This document shows, piece after piece, positions 23,414-37,100 of a DNA stretch of 64,000 nt (positions are counted from its first letter, which is position 1; every line of letters begins with the position of its first letter). Origin of the DNA: Amoebophrya sp. A120 (taxonomy: Eukaryota; Protista; Dinoflagellata); assembly GCA_905178155.1 (NCBI GenBank), contig CAJINV010000006.1, positions 3,844,130 to 3,908,129 of the forward strand, given 5' to 3'. A program made the translations under genes and the position numbers. Below the pieces are notes generated by a model. The model saw only the letters and a list, made by a program, of their open reading frames with translations, made no database searches and was not told where the DNA came from.

Positions 23414-24656
23414 TCAAAAAAACTTCGGCTCAGCAGTGGCCGTGCTGTGTGATGAAGTAAAAGGCATTGATGTTGCGTCGTCAAATTGAACTCCGACCTC
23501 CACCGGCGGCCACTGATCGTTGTCCGGAGGAACAGTCTGGTGACCGACACTGCTACTTCTTCTCGAGGACATGTACATCTGTGTAGAAGTTTCACCATCT
23601 GGACTACTTGTTGTACTCGAACAAGATATTACCGCAGGATCTGGATCACTATATGATCCCCCTGCTGCATGACTGTGGTCAACATCATCTACTTTTGTCG
23701 TCCTAGGTGGAGTACTAGATGAACTGTTGAACACGTCGGCCGCACTGCTCCCCGAGGCTGGTTCGTACCGCCGATCATGTGCAGAAGCACCACCCGCTCC
23801 GGAGTAGAATAGATCCGACTGGTAAAATCCTTCTCCTGTAGAGGAAGTTCCGCCGCCCATAGAACTAGACGGTATTAAGCTGCTGCTGCCCAGATGTTGG
23901 TTCACGACCCCCAGTGCTGGCGCCGCGCCCCCGGCGTTCAGACTCGCCATATTCCGCAGCGCACTGGAGGTACTGAGCATGCTACCGCTTGCACTTGGTA
24001 ACGCGTCGAAAGCTGCGCCCCCAGCAACAGAAGATCCGCTACTGTCTAAGCCACTGCTTGCTGCTAGAGAGTTGACAAAATCTGCGTTGGTGGATTTGAT
24101 TATGGAGTTGAAGTCCTGGGGTGCTTTCCGTCTCTTCTGCTCCCTCTCTGCGCGAAGCTCCTCAACCATCTCTTCCCCACGCTGCGCCATCTCTTGCACG
24201 CGCCGCTGGGTGGCCTGATAGATTTTCATTTTTTTATATTGATATATAAAGTACGATCGTTCATCATCTTGACGTTGATGCTAATATTACCGCATGACAG
24301 GCTACAACTTGCTTCCCTCTCTCTCAAATACTTCTTCCAACCGCCTGGCGCTGCATATTAAGTAGTATCAGCTTTTGTTCAATGTCGTGATCAGGATCCA
24401 TCCAGCACAACAACCTGCTCATTTTCCTTCCTACCTCATCCCTGAGCAGCACCACTGCCGTCAGCTGGCTCGCCAAAAACGGGACCGCAAGGTGCCCAAC
24501 CACCCGGAAAGAAGTGCGGATCTGCAGTTTTCGTTTCGCTAATTGCTGCCAGCCGTACCACCCCGCAACGGAGGTCGTGAGCCAACCTAGTGTGAAATTC
24601 CGGGCGAGGGAAAAGAAGAAATCCTTTTCCTCCTTCGAAAAAGCACGGTCGACCAT
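23414..24656 (-). CDS. Hypothetical protein, probably two exons: N-terminal hydrophobic helices, then a coiled-coil and Ser/Gly-rich tail
   Basis: ORFs 24324-24707 (MVDRAFSKEEK...TLGWLTTSVAGWYGW...) and 23414-24229 are co-oriented and ~95 bp apart. The join is inferred and no introner is recognisable here. Confidence 0.5.
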
Positions 24657-25814
24657 GGTGTCTGTGAATCTCTTGAATGTTGTTGGTTGCGTCTTTAATA
24701 TTGACAAAAAGAATTGACTTGTTCAAATCTTTACTTCTAGCTTGTAGGTCGTGAGCAGCAGATGAGAGAATAAGTTCGACTTCTGATGATTGGATCACGA
24801 CAGGAGTTTATTAGTCTCGAAGGTAACTGTATGTGTCCACCAATCTATCTACAAAGCAGGAGCTGCTTTTACTTCATCCTCATGAATAAAGCAAAAAGAC
24901 GGAGCGACCGGCGCACGCTGCGAGCTTACGCTTAGCAGATCCGCAAGGCGAAATAGAAAATCAAATACAGCTGTTTTCATACTGCTGAACAAGCAGATGA
25001 CTCCGGCTGAGAATGATCCTGATCACTGCTGGGTTTGTTCTTCGAGTCTTACCTTGTATCACATGCGGTACTGCAACTTGCGGCCAAAGCCACGATGTGG
25101 AACTACATAGACTTCTTGTACCGCAAAATTCTAGATAAAACAACGGACAATTAGAAAACCTCCGGGAGGTGCAGCTGACCCCCCAAAGCACAGATCATGA
25201 GAGGGCGCGCGGAACATCAATCGGAAACAAGCAGCACAGCATGCTGTTTCGGTTCCAAATTTGGTTTGTATTTCCACCTGTCTCGTAGTACCGTAGCGAG
25301 ATGAAGCATCGTCTTCTGCCGGAAGATAGCAACAGAGCTGTGCGGGAGACAATGACAAATCGAGTTGTGCGTGGGTTTGCGAAGATGCTGGATGATACTG
25401 TCGTGGTTTTCCAAAACGGCACACTACAGCTATATGTTGTTTTGGAAAAAATCTGTCAAAAAAATCCAGTGCCGGTGATGGAAATTATTTGAAGACAAAA
25501 ATCTTCTGCGCATAATTTTTTTTAGATTCCACCAGACTCAAAGTAATACACCAACTGCTCTGTCAAAGAGCTTCGTACATAGTAATAAATCCTTCTATAA
25601 ATCCTTCTATCGTCCAACGCGTTGTCTACTTCCTTGGTAAATAAAAGCACGAGCGTGTTCGTGGTTTATTTCTGTATAACGGTGTAAGCAGCAGGAGCAG
25701 CAGCAGCAGCAGCAGCTTGATCTCGTTTTCATAGTAAAAATTTCATCTTCGTATTATCGAAACTACTACACCTCCTCGTCAGAAGAACAAGTCAGCAGAT
25801 CATATATCATTCCA

Positions 25815-28800
25815 CTACACCAAGGTCACTTTGATCGTTCTCCCGTTCATTTTATCAAATGCAAAAATGTCTGGGTCTGGAAAAAATCACGTTTGTCATG
25901 CTTGTCTGGCATGACTCTTAAATCTGTCATGCACGTTACCCAAGAGCTCAGTTTTTCTGTGATGCAGAAGCGCAGTTTGTCATGCAGAATAGGCAAGACC
26001 TAGGAGCTCAGAAACTTGTCATGCTGAGCCAGCATGTGTAGCCTCATCATGAGACGCCACTCAGCATCACAAGTTTCCAGACCCAGACATTTTTACATTT
26101 GATACATTTCCCCGCCATCGTACTGCGCCAGCGCCTCGTATGAGAGTGCACAACTTCTCCTCGCCCTCATTTGTCATGCAAAACCGCAAATCCATTTGTT
26201 GCCCTGTGGCACTGTTCGCATGACAAATTTTGGAAGGCCAGACAGTACCACCTTCGGCGCATGCACTTGTCATGCACAGGCCCCAAGAGTGCTGGCGTGT
26301 GCATTGCTGTTCATGCCATACAAATGAGGGGAAGGGCATGTTGTGCACTCTCATACCTCGCCCGCGCACTTCTTATCGGCAAACGCGATCCAGGCAATCT
26401 GCGTGACCCGACACAGCTCCGTGTGCAGCGTTTTCCCAATGTCTTCGAAGGACTTCTGCAGTTCGCCCCTCGCGATGTCGATGGGGCAGTTGGCGATTTG
26501 GATCAGTTTCCCCGAGTTTTTAAATTTGGACAACGAATGCGGAATCCCGTCCTTGTTTCGCGGCACCGCGACCGGGCCTTTGGAAACAACTACTATGAAC
26601 TGCAAAAGCATCGTACTAGTAGAAATTGCAATACAAATTTGCTTAGCATGAGAAATGGAATTTGTGATGCAGATTTTCGTTAAGAGAGAGATTTGTAATG
26701 CATGGTTGCAATTACTACGAGTACGATACTTTTGCCGTTCATAACCACTGCAGCAGGACCATTACCGGAATTTTTGTGGTTCTTGTTGCTCTATGAAATG
26801 CAAATGCGTCTGGGTCTGGAAGGTTGTAATGCGGAGTGGGGAATCATGAGGAAGCAACAAGTGCTGGCTCAGCATGACAAGTTTCTGAGCTTCTACCTAG
26901 GTGTTGCCCATTCTGCATGACAAGCTGCGTTTCATCTGCACGGCAGAAAAATGGGGCTCTCGGGAGGTAACGTGCATGACAGATTTGAGAGTCATGCCAG
27001 ACAAGCATGACAAACATGCATTCTTCCGGACCCAGACATTTCTGCAGTTGATATGCTCCCCCCCTTTTGTTGGAAATTCGAGTATCGCTTGTCGTGCTGG
27101 TGGTGAGACGGTTCGAAGTCGGAGGAATCCGGATAGTTCTGTTTGTTCCCACTTGTCCCTTTGTTCCGTGGCACAATTCGGTAGTAGGTCTGACCGCCGT
27201 TGTTTTTCGAGTAGTTCTGATGTTGACCATCGTCCCAACTGCTGTCGTAATGATTTCCTTTTGTAGAATTTCCGCCACCGTGCTGATGATCTAAACCCCA
27301 GCTGTCTTGCTTGCCGTAACCATAGTCGTTAGTACTCCCACCACTGCCCTTGTAGTGCTGCTGGTGGTCCCCGTTGCTCGACGTCCATGTTGATGAATTG
27401 TAGTCCTGTTTTCCAGGACCACTAGCAGTGCTACCGTAGCTTCCGTAGTAGGAACTAGGTTCGTGGTGAGGACCTCCGCCCGGGGGTCCGTAAGAAGTGG
27501 TACTGCTTGGAGGGTGCTGACCCCCGTAGTAGGTCGAGGTCGCCCCTGGAGGAGCATAATACTCCCCCGGCGGCGGGGGCCCATACGACCCGCCCTTCCC
27601 CGGAGGCGGCCCGATCGCAGGCGGACCTCCTGCTGGCTCGCCGTAGTAGTGCTGGTTGTTGTGTTGATCTCCTGCTGCCATTCTGCCCGCATTGAAACCG
27701 GCTTCCCAGAGACTGTGGGGCGACGGCGGAGCTGCTGCGTGATGGTAGGACGAGCCTTTGTGGGTCGTCGTCCCTTTTGCTCCGTAGGAATGATAATGGG
27801 TTCCTTTCCCGGAAGTCGTGTATGGCTGGTGGCTTGCGTAGTGCGTCTTCGATGTTGCTGCCCCTTTGCCAGTGTAGCTGGTGCTTCCCTTCGTAGTGAT
27901 TGTAGCACCCTGATGTTTATTATTTGTTGAAAAAGATGAAATAGAAGCAGTAGTATCTGAGCAAAAACAGCTTCATTATTTGAATCAAATCATCAGTACA
28001 AAAATTCTCCATCAAAAATGCAGCAATCTTCCAGTTTATCGAGAACTTCTTGTTCTTCTATCGGGGCCGCTCTAGTACTGTAGTTTTATCAAGCAAAAAT
28101 TTACCTTTCCCTTCCCCTTCTTCGGCGCGATTGCACTTTTCAACACGGTGCCCAGCTTCAAACCCGCCTTGCCCGCGCCCTTTACGGCTTTCAGAACCCC
28201 AATTTTCGCCCGCGCATTCTTCAAGCGGTCCGCCAACTGTCTCTTTTGCTATCCAAGAAAAAAAGTGTGTAAGTGTAAGTTTCTTGCAGGAATAGCATCA
28301 CAAGTTTGCTCTGCATGACACAGAAAATCTATCATGCGTAGCTAGTACTTGAAAACACGCACGAAAATAGCCTCTGGTGCATGTCCAGCATGACAAGTGT
28401 AACAGTTTTGCATTTTCTGCAACACAAAGTAAAAGTTACACTTACAAAGTTTTTTTCTTGGATATCTGCGCCAGAGAGTTTAACCCCTTGTGGTTCGAGA
28501 TGGTTTTGTTCAATGGACCTCCTGTGGCTGCGGTCTTATTGTTCGTTGCAGAAGTACTGTTTTTGTTCAACTGTTTATTCTTCCTTGCCTTCAACGCCAA
28601 CTGTACTACCTCGTCCAAGGGCTTGTCCACCTTCTCGCTCGCGGTCAGTTCCTTTACAGGCTTATTATTATTCTTTTCCGTGGCTGTTCCTGCTGCTGCT
28701 GTCGTTGTGTTTTTCTTGATGAAAGTAATCTTGCTGTACGAAGCCGTGGGAGTCTTGCCACCTTTTCCCTTCTGGTGGAAAGAACCGAAATTCTGCTTCC

Positions 28801-29143
28801 CTCCCTTTCCCTGCTGGTTGTAATTGTAGGAATTCGGCTGGTACGCATAGTAGGTCGGTGTAGTAGTCTTTCCCGCGCCCCCGCCGCCTTTGCTAGTATT
28901 GTAGTGGTTGAAGTTGAAGTTCTTACCACTCGTACCTTGCTGATTTTTCCCGTACGGGGAACTGTAATTGTTGCCATGATTCTGCGCCGCGTAAGGCGCT
29001 GTTCCCTTCGCCCGGAAGGTTTTCGTTGCAGAGCCTTTATTTTTTCCATAGGAAGTAGAATTCGGTGTAGAAGTCGTCGTTGTGTTCTTCTTGAACTTCG
29101 CCTCGATCATATCGTCGAGACTCTTGTCGAGATTTTTCGCCAT
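25815..29143 (-). CDS. ALY/REF (Yra1/THOC4)-like RNA-binding mRNA export adaptor
   Basis: N-terminal MAKNLDKSLDDMIE resembles the REF-N motif (MDMSLDDII), with a second copy EKVDKPLDEVV. The middle is G/Y/P/Q-rich. A C-terminal RRM is reconstructed across introners 26139-26355 and 25853-26104: LIQIANCPIDIARGELQKSFEDIG...IAWIAFADKKCAGE|ALAQYDGGEM|NGRTIKVTLV*. The link across ~27930-28050 is not resolved. Confidence 0.7.
26139..26355. mobile_element. Introner family F (~215-245 bp; TIR TATGASAGTGCACAAC), representative copy, TSD CCTCG
   Basis: Other members: <1-186 (partial), 14804-15019 (GATGC), 47905-48147 (CTCGA). Confidence 0.9.
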
Positions 29144-31139
29144 TTTGGTCAAGGATTTTTGTCGGTGTCTGCTAGAGTCTGCTTTGAAATGCAGCTTAAA
29201 GATGACCTTTACACAGGATAAAAACGATGCTGAGTAGACATCAAACTACGTCAATAAACTTGTATTTACTGTTCTTCAGGCTCTTCTTCCACTTCTAAGG
29301 ATAAAGCGAAAAAGAAGAGCCCTATCGAAAAACAAAACCAAAAAAGTCTGCTACCAAAAAATGAATCAATTCCACAGGAATTATCTTCATCCGTACTAGT
29401 TGTGAGCTAAAGAAGGTATGGTCGTGTTGTCGCAAGGTGGTCGTGGTCTCTGCGGGAGATCATTTGTTTTTGTTGTAGATGTAGTTGTTTGCGAATGGAC
29501 GAAAAATAAACGGTATAAGGAAAATTCAGAAATCGTAAATTGCCTACGAACAGAACCCCAGTACGACCTCCCGGTAGGGTACTATCATGAATGGGACACT
29601 CGTCTTCTTACGTTTGGTCGACTTTAGCAAAAGTCAGACGTTCTTGTTGGAGCACGTAGCGGAATGATCTGAAGTGTGAACGAAGATCTATTTGTTTCGA
29701 TAAAAATTTCAGCGCTATTCATTCACTTTCGGAAAATTGTCGACAGATCCAGTACGGAGGTGAGCATGATGATGATTTTAGAGAGAAGCTAATACAACCT
29801 AAACCCATTGGAGAACGATATGAGGCCATATTTCTGCTCTTTGTTGGACGATATATTCACGTACGATAAAGTACGGACAATTCAACTCTGTGGTGGTCTA
29901 GGCCACGTCAGATCTTCTTTTTCAAAAAAGCCCAAAAACGCTTGCCGTCTGAACAGTCAGATTTTGTTTTCGTTTGCGTAACACCAGCAATACCAGCCCC
30001 TTTGACGAACGAACTGGCACTGCATGTACAAACGTAGCTGAATTCGAGGAAATTTAAAGGTGGCACTCTATCCAACATATGTACAGTTGAGTGAAGATTA
30101 TTTGCAATTTATATTTTCCAAAGCGGTCGGCGTGCTTGGGGCTACCATGAGATACTTGAACTGAATTATATAGTGGCGCATATTGATATTTGCTGCTAAA
30201 AATTGCATGCCTGCTAATGTTCCAATTCTTATTGAAAAAAATCCTACCGTGGTCGTATTCTGAAAAAAATCAACAACGTATGCTATTCCTAAAAATCGTA
30301 TTGCCATTGAAATGCTTTATGCTAATACTCGGACTATGTAAAAACGCTCCGCTTTTGTTTGCTATTATACAAAACCGCGCTATTGCTTTCAAAAAGATCT
30401 TGTGTGTCGGAAGAAATGATTCTGATGGTTTCTTGGCTGCTGCAGCCTGTGATCACGTCTGAAATTTATCATTTGCAAGGTGTTGTACTATTGAGAGCCT
30501 GCGATAACATTGGTGTTTGCTGTATTAAAATGAAATATTAGATTGAAGTCCGCCTATTACTTCTATGCGGCATTCGCATTATTCAAAAAGTTTCCCGAAT
30601 ACGATAATCAATATCGCTGTGTGAGGACAGAGAAAGTGGAAGACTCGATTTCCGAAACTGGCATGAAATCGCAAATCATTGCAGAAAAGTAAAAGTTTAT
30701 GAGCTGATGCTTGCAAACTCCTGAGTGTATTAGTAAGTAAGTGTATGCTCTTGGACAAAAGCTGATTTGCCTAGCTGTTCGTAGTTTAGATGCGTAGTAG
30801 ACATGTAGTTGATGTGATACGATGTCAGATGAATTGAAATTCCAAGTGAAGTGTAAGTGTTCCTACATTTGTACGTGCTAGTAGTTGTAGTTCCAAAATG
30901 ACGTATAAAATTTCCTTTCAACGATAGAGGTAAGCTGCTAGTTGATAAATTCATTCCGGGGGTAGGCGTACTATTTTTGTGATTCTCAGATGCGATACGA
31001 GATGAAAAGTGTATTTTATGAAAAATGATAGTGGAAAAATACTTATGTTCTCGGCTAGAGTTCCACTTCTCGTGCCTCAACAACGAACTTTCCCCACAGT
31101 TTGTTTGTAGGGTACCTCTACAAGAAGTAACTCATCGAC

Positions 31140-34100
31140 TTACTCCCTCTGCAACTTGGGCATGGTATTCAGGTCCCGCCGTCGTTTCCGGATGAAGCCC
31201 TCGGGCAAATCTTTATCCTGCTGACTGTTCCGACTATTGTGCAACATCGGAGGTCCTGTTCCATTGCGCAGCAGCACCATGTATGGATTGTAAATATGTC
31301 TGGGTCTGGAAGAATGCAGAAGTTTGTCGTGCAGATTTTCCATGACCCATGAGGTCTGTGATGCATGCCCTAGCATCAGAGATTCTGCGAGGGCTTTCTG
31401 ATACTCATACCGCATGAGAAATGCCCTCTCCGCGTAGCACAGATTGCGCCTCTTTTATTGCTGTTCATGCAATACAGGTTTTATGTAGAGTGCAAAGGTA
31501 GCATCACAAGTTCCAACTTTCCAGACCCAGACATTTTTGCAGTTCATACCATGTTCGCATGTGCGGTCGGACTGCTAGAGCTGGCAGCTGCGTTGATTTT
31601 CGTGTCATAAACCGCCAAATCCGCAGGCACTGCTACGGGCGGCTTATTCGCGACCGCGCCGGACATATTATGAGCAGGAGGCACAGCACTCGTCGCACTA
31701 CCACCAGGATGATTCGCAGCAGCTCCACCGGTCAACATCTGACTCGAGGTAGCAGAAGAAGCTCCAGGTCGTCTTGTTTTCAGCGACTTCGCCCGCTTGA
31801 TGCTGGTCGGGCCCGGGACTAGGGTGGGGAGTGTGAAGGATTTGTTTTCCACTCCTACTTTTGAGGATGAATGAACTGCTGCTGTTTCAACATCTTTCTC
31901 CTGGTTAGAAGTTGTTCCTTCACGCAGGAGCAGAAGTTCCTTCTCCCGTTCCATCCCCTCCTGTGCGGTTGGAGAAAACGTCGTCGTCGTGAGCTGCTGC
32001 TCGTAATTTTCTGGCGGTTCTAAGGGAGAGAAAAACTGCTCGCTGTCGTGCAGGAAATTTTTGTCACCACCAGCTGCAAATGATCCACCACCAGCAGATG
32101 ACATCTCCATCAACTCGTGAGGTAACTGCCGGCTATCCGAGAAAAACAACCCAGGCGAGAGCAGTTTCGGCCGCGTGTGCTGGAAAGCCGGGTCTTCGCC
32201 CGGATTTGCCAGGAGGATCTTGGGTTTCTTGGACATGAGACTATTTTCCTGGATCGGCGAGAGTTGTTGCAGGCCGTTTTTGTCAAGAGGAAGAGACATT
32301 TGGTGTCCGTCGCCTGCAGGTTGATCACCGCCGAGCATCTCATTCAGCATATTCGGAAATACCATCCCAGGTTCTTGCGCAATTTTTTGCTCCACGTCTT
32401 CCGCGTAAAACATCATCAACTGATCTTCATTGTCTTTGCTGTTCTGCTCAATCAATGCGGCCTGCTGCTGCGCAGACTGTGTGTCTTTCTCCTGCATGAG
32501 CAGAATCTGGTCCTGCCCCAGATTCGCCATTTCTGGCGGTGTGATAGTTTTCCGGCTGTTTGCAGTCCCAGCACTTTGTCTAGACGCACCAGAGCTGGAA
32601 GACGAAGAATGGATTCGCGATCCGGTGGCAGCAGGGTGCAACAGATTGTTCTGCGGGTTTGTTCTCACAGGATTGTGTTCCCTTTGCGACTCACTGCTCG
32701 AGCTCTTGTTTTTCACAATGTTCAGCTGAATAATGTCGGCCCCTGACGCTTGTTGCTGCGAGTTGTCAGCTGCGCCAGCATTCTCTACTGCACCAGCAGT
32801 ACCCGATCCTGCTGCCATCACCTTTGCCGGGCTTTCTGGCTCTGGTAACGGGTTAAACGCGTCTTGCAAAGCGAGTTGTCCTTCTCTCGTCTCCACGACC
32901 CGGGACACCAGCCTGACCATCGGCGCCACGTATCCTGAGCAAAAACGTCCCCGCCCGAGTTGCAATGCAAATCTGCATGCCAAAAAAGTTTCTCATGCGG
33001 AGCCCCATGAGAAGCATTTTCCAGTCCTGCTTTGGAATTATTTGTCATGCTAGAATCAGCATGACGCGCTAGATCTGTGAGTCTGCTGAACTAGCTCAAC
33101 AGGACTACACTATGCGGGCATTCTTGTCATGCGAAACAACCAAGGCTGGTTGATTTGTCTAGCAGATTTCCGATCTTGACCATGGGGTGGGGACGTTTTT
33201 ACACAGGATACCACGGTCAGCATCCTTTCCCCACTCGCGGAGTGGGTGCCCAACCGCTGCATCCACATCCGCAGCGTTTCCCACTCTTCTAGCGTAGATT
33301 GCGGGAACAGTTGCTTCAGCTGGAGCCACATTTTCACCGCCTTCAACATCGGAACCCTTTGGCCAAAGTCAAACAATTCCTCCAGTAATTTCAACGTCGA
33401 GTGATCATGTGTATGCGCTCCGATCTTGTTCAAAAACGCAAGGTATTTCGTCAGTAACTTCGCGTAGTTCATATTAGTGTTATTTGGTGGGACAAACGCC
33501 GTGTTTTGTTGCTGCGCGGAATTCAATTGCGACTGCGGGATCACAATCGGGTCCCGGGCTAAGTTCGCGGATTTGTACCAGATCCCGACCTCCCGGATCA
33601 GATTTTGGTACGCGGAAATTTCGTTGTGGGAAAGCTTTGTCAGCTGGATTGGCGGCGGTTGCTCCGGTTCCTCAGCTACGACCTCTGCATGTTGGTGATC
33701 TTGATGTGGGTCCTGATCCTTTGTATGATTGTCTTTCATCGTCTCTTTCGAGGATTTTTTCTGCTGCCCGTTATTCGCTCCTCCACCTCCATACAGCGAC
33801 TTCAGATTCGCCTTCAATTCCTTCGGCGGGTGAAGATTCGGGTTTTGCCACTTGACCGGCTGGTATTTCCGAAGTCTTGACTCCTTCTTGTTCTTTTCAT
33901 GTGAGTCTTTATTTCCACCAGGTCCATTTTGATTGTCCTTTTCCTGCTGCATTTTCTGTTGCATCAACGTCTCGGCCGACTGTTTGATTTCCTGCAACGA
34001 GGGTCCGCAGAGGGCACGGTAGAGCGTCACCAAAGCCTCCGCTTGGTGCAACGCCTGGACCTCGTTGTGCATGTCCAGCTGCAGCTCATCCGCGATTCTC

Positions 34101-37100
34101 TCACCCAACGCCGTGAAAAACACCGACTGCTTCTTCCTCTTCGCACGGGTAGTGAACTGTAAAGCGTTATTCGTCGTAGCCAGCTTGCTCGGATCGCCTT
34201 GTTGTTTACTAGGCGCCGTTTTGGAACTATCGGCTTCTGGGTCTACGCTTGCTTCTTGGTGTTCTAAAACGCCGGCGAGTTGACTGTCCCCTGCTTCTTC
34301 GCCTTGCTCTTTTCCTGCGGGCGTAGTTGCAGTGACAACACTAACATCGGTCGGAGAGACGACAGTTGCTTTCTTCACAGCTGGAGAGGACGCCACTGCT
34401 GTTGCTGATGCTACAGGAACAGCTTCCGCTGAAGCGCCTCCTGCTGCTCCAAGACCAACAGCCTTTGGAAGATTCGGCGACGCGGCTCCCTGCACCGGGC
34501 TAGAAGGTTTACTGGGGGATTTCTTACCACCAGCATTAATGTTCTTCTTCTCGTCCTTCTCCTTACTTGGGCTTCTCGAAGCACTTCCACTACTTCCTTT
34601 CTTATCGCCACCAGCACTACCTTGGTCCTTTTCCTTTTCTTTCGAATCCTTGTTGTTTCCTGCAGCATTTTTCTCACCAGCGCCAGAACTTTTATCCCCA
34701 CCGCCGGCGCCAAACCCCTGCAGAGACTGCTGGACCCGGGAAAAAGTGTTTTCGGCCTCAACTTCGTCCTGCAGTGCCGTAATGGCTTTTTTCAGCCCAC
34801 CAAGTTCCTCCACTAACTCCAACAACCTGACCAACAGCCCCCGCTCCTTCTCCTCCGTAATCAACGGCGACCCCTCCAACGTCTGCAGGGCCAGTGTCTG
34901 CGCCTTCACGGATTCTAGCGGGACGCCGCGGAGTAGCCAGCAGAAGGTCTCTGACCCCCCGAAGAGCTGGAGCTGGTTCAAGAGCGCTTTGAGAGGGGAA
35001 AACCGGGACACTCGCTGCCAGCCGAGCCGCCCGCCCTGGTGTTCCTGAATGGAAGAAGAGTCGAGGGGGGAAGCGTTTTCATTTTGGGAGGCGGCGTTTT
35101 GTGATGTGCTATTCGCGACGTTCGTTTGTGGTCCCATGTAGTCAATCGTCGTGGTCGCTGTGTTTAAGTTCAACTTGACAGTACCCTTGGTCGTGTTTCC
35201 GTCCTTTTTATCCGAATTATTCAACGCCATTAAAACCGGTTCCCGCTTTTTCGTATCCTGTGCAAAAGTATCGTACTCGTAGTAATTGCATTTATGCATT
35301 ACAAATCTCTTTCTCAAGGCAAATCAGCATTACAAATTCAATTTGTAAGGCTGGGCTAATTTGTAATGCAATTTATACTAGTACGATGCTTTTGCATTTG
35401 ATATTTCGCGTTCGGTGACAACGTCGAGGATTGATGCGGGTAAATCGATTCCGAGTTCCACTCCGCTTTGCTCACGAACTTCTCGCTTTCGTCGTTCGTC
35501 GTATCAAGTGCAAAAGTGTCTGGGTCTGGAAACTTGTGATGCTGGGTGGCGTCTCATGATGAGGCTACAAATGCTGGCTCAGCATGACAAGTTTCTGAGT
35601 TCCTAGGTGTTGCCTATTCTGCATGACAAACTGCGCTTCTGCATCACAGAAAAACGGAGCTCTTGGGTAACGCGCATGACAGATTTAAGAGTCATGCCAG
35701 ACAAGCATGACAAACATGAATTCCTCCAGACCCAGACATTTTTACAGTTGATACGTCAACGGTAAAAACGACGCTTCCTCAAAATCTTCCTCGCTGGACT
35801 TGATTCTCCGTTCCTCTACCCCCGCCGGCTTCAACTATCAGATGCAAAAATGTCTGGGTCTGGAAGATTCTGACACTTGTCATGCACGTTTTGCCTGGGC
35901 CGTGATGTCAGTAATGCATGCCGTAGCATCACAGACTTTTCGAGGGCTTCGCGGTGCCTATTCCGCATGACAAATGCCCTCTCCGCGTAGCCAAAATTGC
36001 ATTCCCATTGCTGGCCATGCAATACAGATTTTTTTGGAATCCACATGCAGCATCACAAGTTCGGAATCTTCCAGACCCAGACATATTTGCATTTGATATC
36101 AACAACCCACTTCCCATCTTCACTTCCGTCCTCGGTGAGCTGATCCGGGGGGACACCAATTCCGTGTCTAGATCCACTAAGTCCCCTGGTTGTTCCCCCC
36201 CGAGCAACTGTGCGGTCTTCAACGCCTCGACGCAGAACAAAAATTCCGCCAAGTCCGAGCCTTTCACCGATTCTGTGAAAAAAGACGGTCCGCGGTTGGT
36301 TTTGTTCAGCCCTTTGATCACCTCTAACCAAACCGTCCAGTGGTCCTCGACGTTCTTCAGCGTGAACTGCCGCTCGATGATATTTTGCAGTTGCGAAAAC
36401 TTGCCGTTCAGAACGTTGTTGGGTTCAGCTTCATCTGGCAGATCTTGCTCGGCGTCCGAAGGTTCAGACGGGACTAAAAACTCGACCACCGTGTCATCAT
36501 CTTTTAGAGGTCTTCCCGCTTCGTTCTGGTCGTCGATTTGAGAGATAGATTCCAACTTCCGGCACTGTTCATTCTTCGTCAGCAATTTCCCGGTTTTCAA
36601 ATCCCGCATGCAGGAAACGGATAACAGTCGCGACCTTCTATCCTTGGAATTCGCGATCCCACTGCCCTTGTAGATCGCCGTCATGCCGTCTTTTATCGGA
36701 TCGGTGAGCGACATCCGCAGAAACCGCATGCCGGTCAGCCGCATCTCCTTCAGGATCTTCATACAGTTTCTAAATGAGTTATGCAATACAAATTTGCTGT
36801 ACATGCACAAAATGCATTACAAATTTTACCAACTTGGAGCATGCCACTTGTCATGCTGAATAGAATTAAAAGAAAGCCTTGTCATGCAGAAACCGCATCT
36901 GTACATGTACAGGAAATTTACTGTGGATATGAGTCGGTGAACCCGCAGAATTTTTCCTCCAACTCCTCTGCGTTTTCTAGGAAAAATTGAAATTTCTGCT
37001 CGGACAAAGTCTCCGCGAACTTCGCGTGGTCGGGGCAGTTTTATGCACTGCAAAAGCATCGTACTCGTAGTATTGCAACACAAATTGCCTCAGCATGACA

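Noticed and set aside
29139-29153. GCCATTTTGGTCAAG resembling the dinoflagellate spliced leader (GCCATTTTGGCTCAAG)
   Set aside because: It is antisense to the gene and is the reverse complement of its start context GACCAAAATGGC. The thioredoxin gene has a similar context (CCAAGATGGC).
29600-31100. AT-richer intergenic block as a decayed gene or foreign insert
   Set aside because: Only short ORFs, with no motif, TIR or TSD that I could support.
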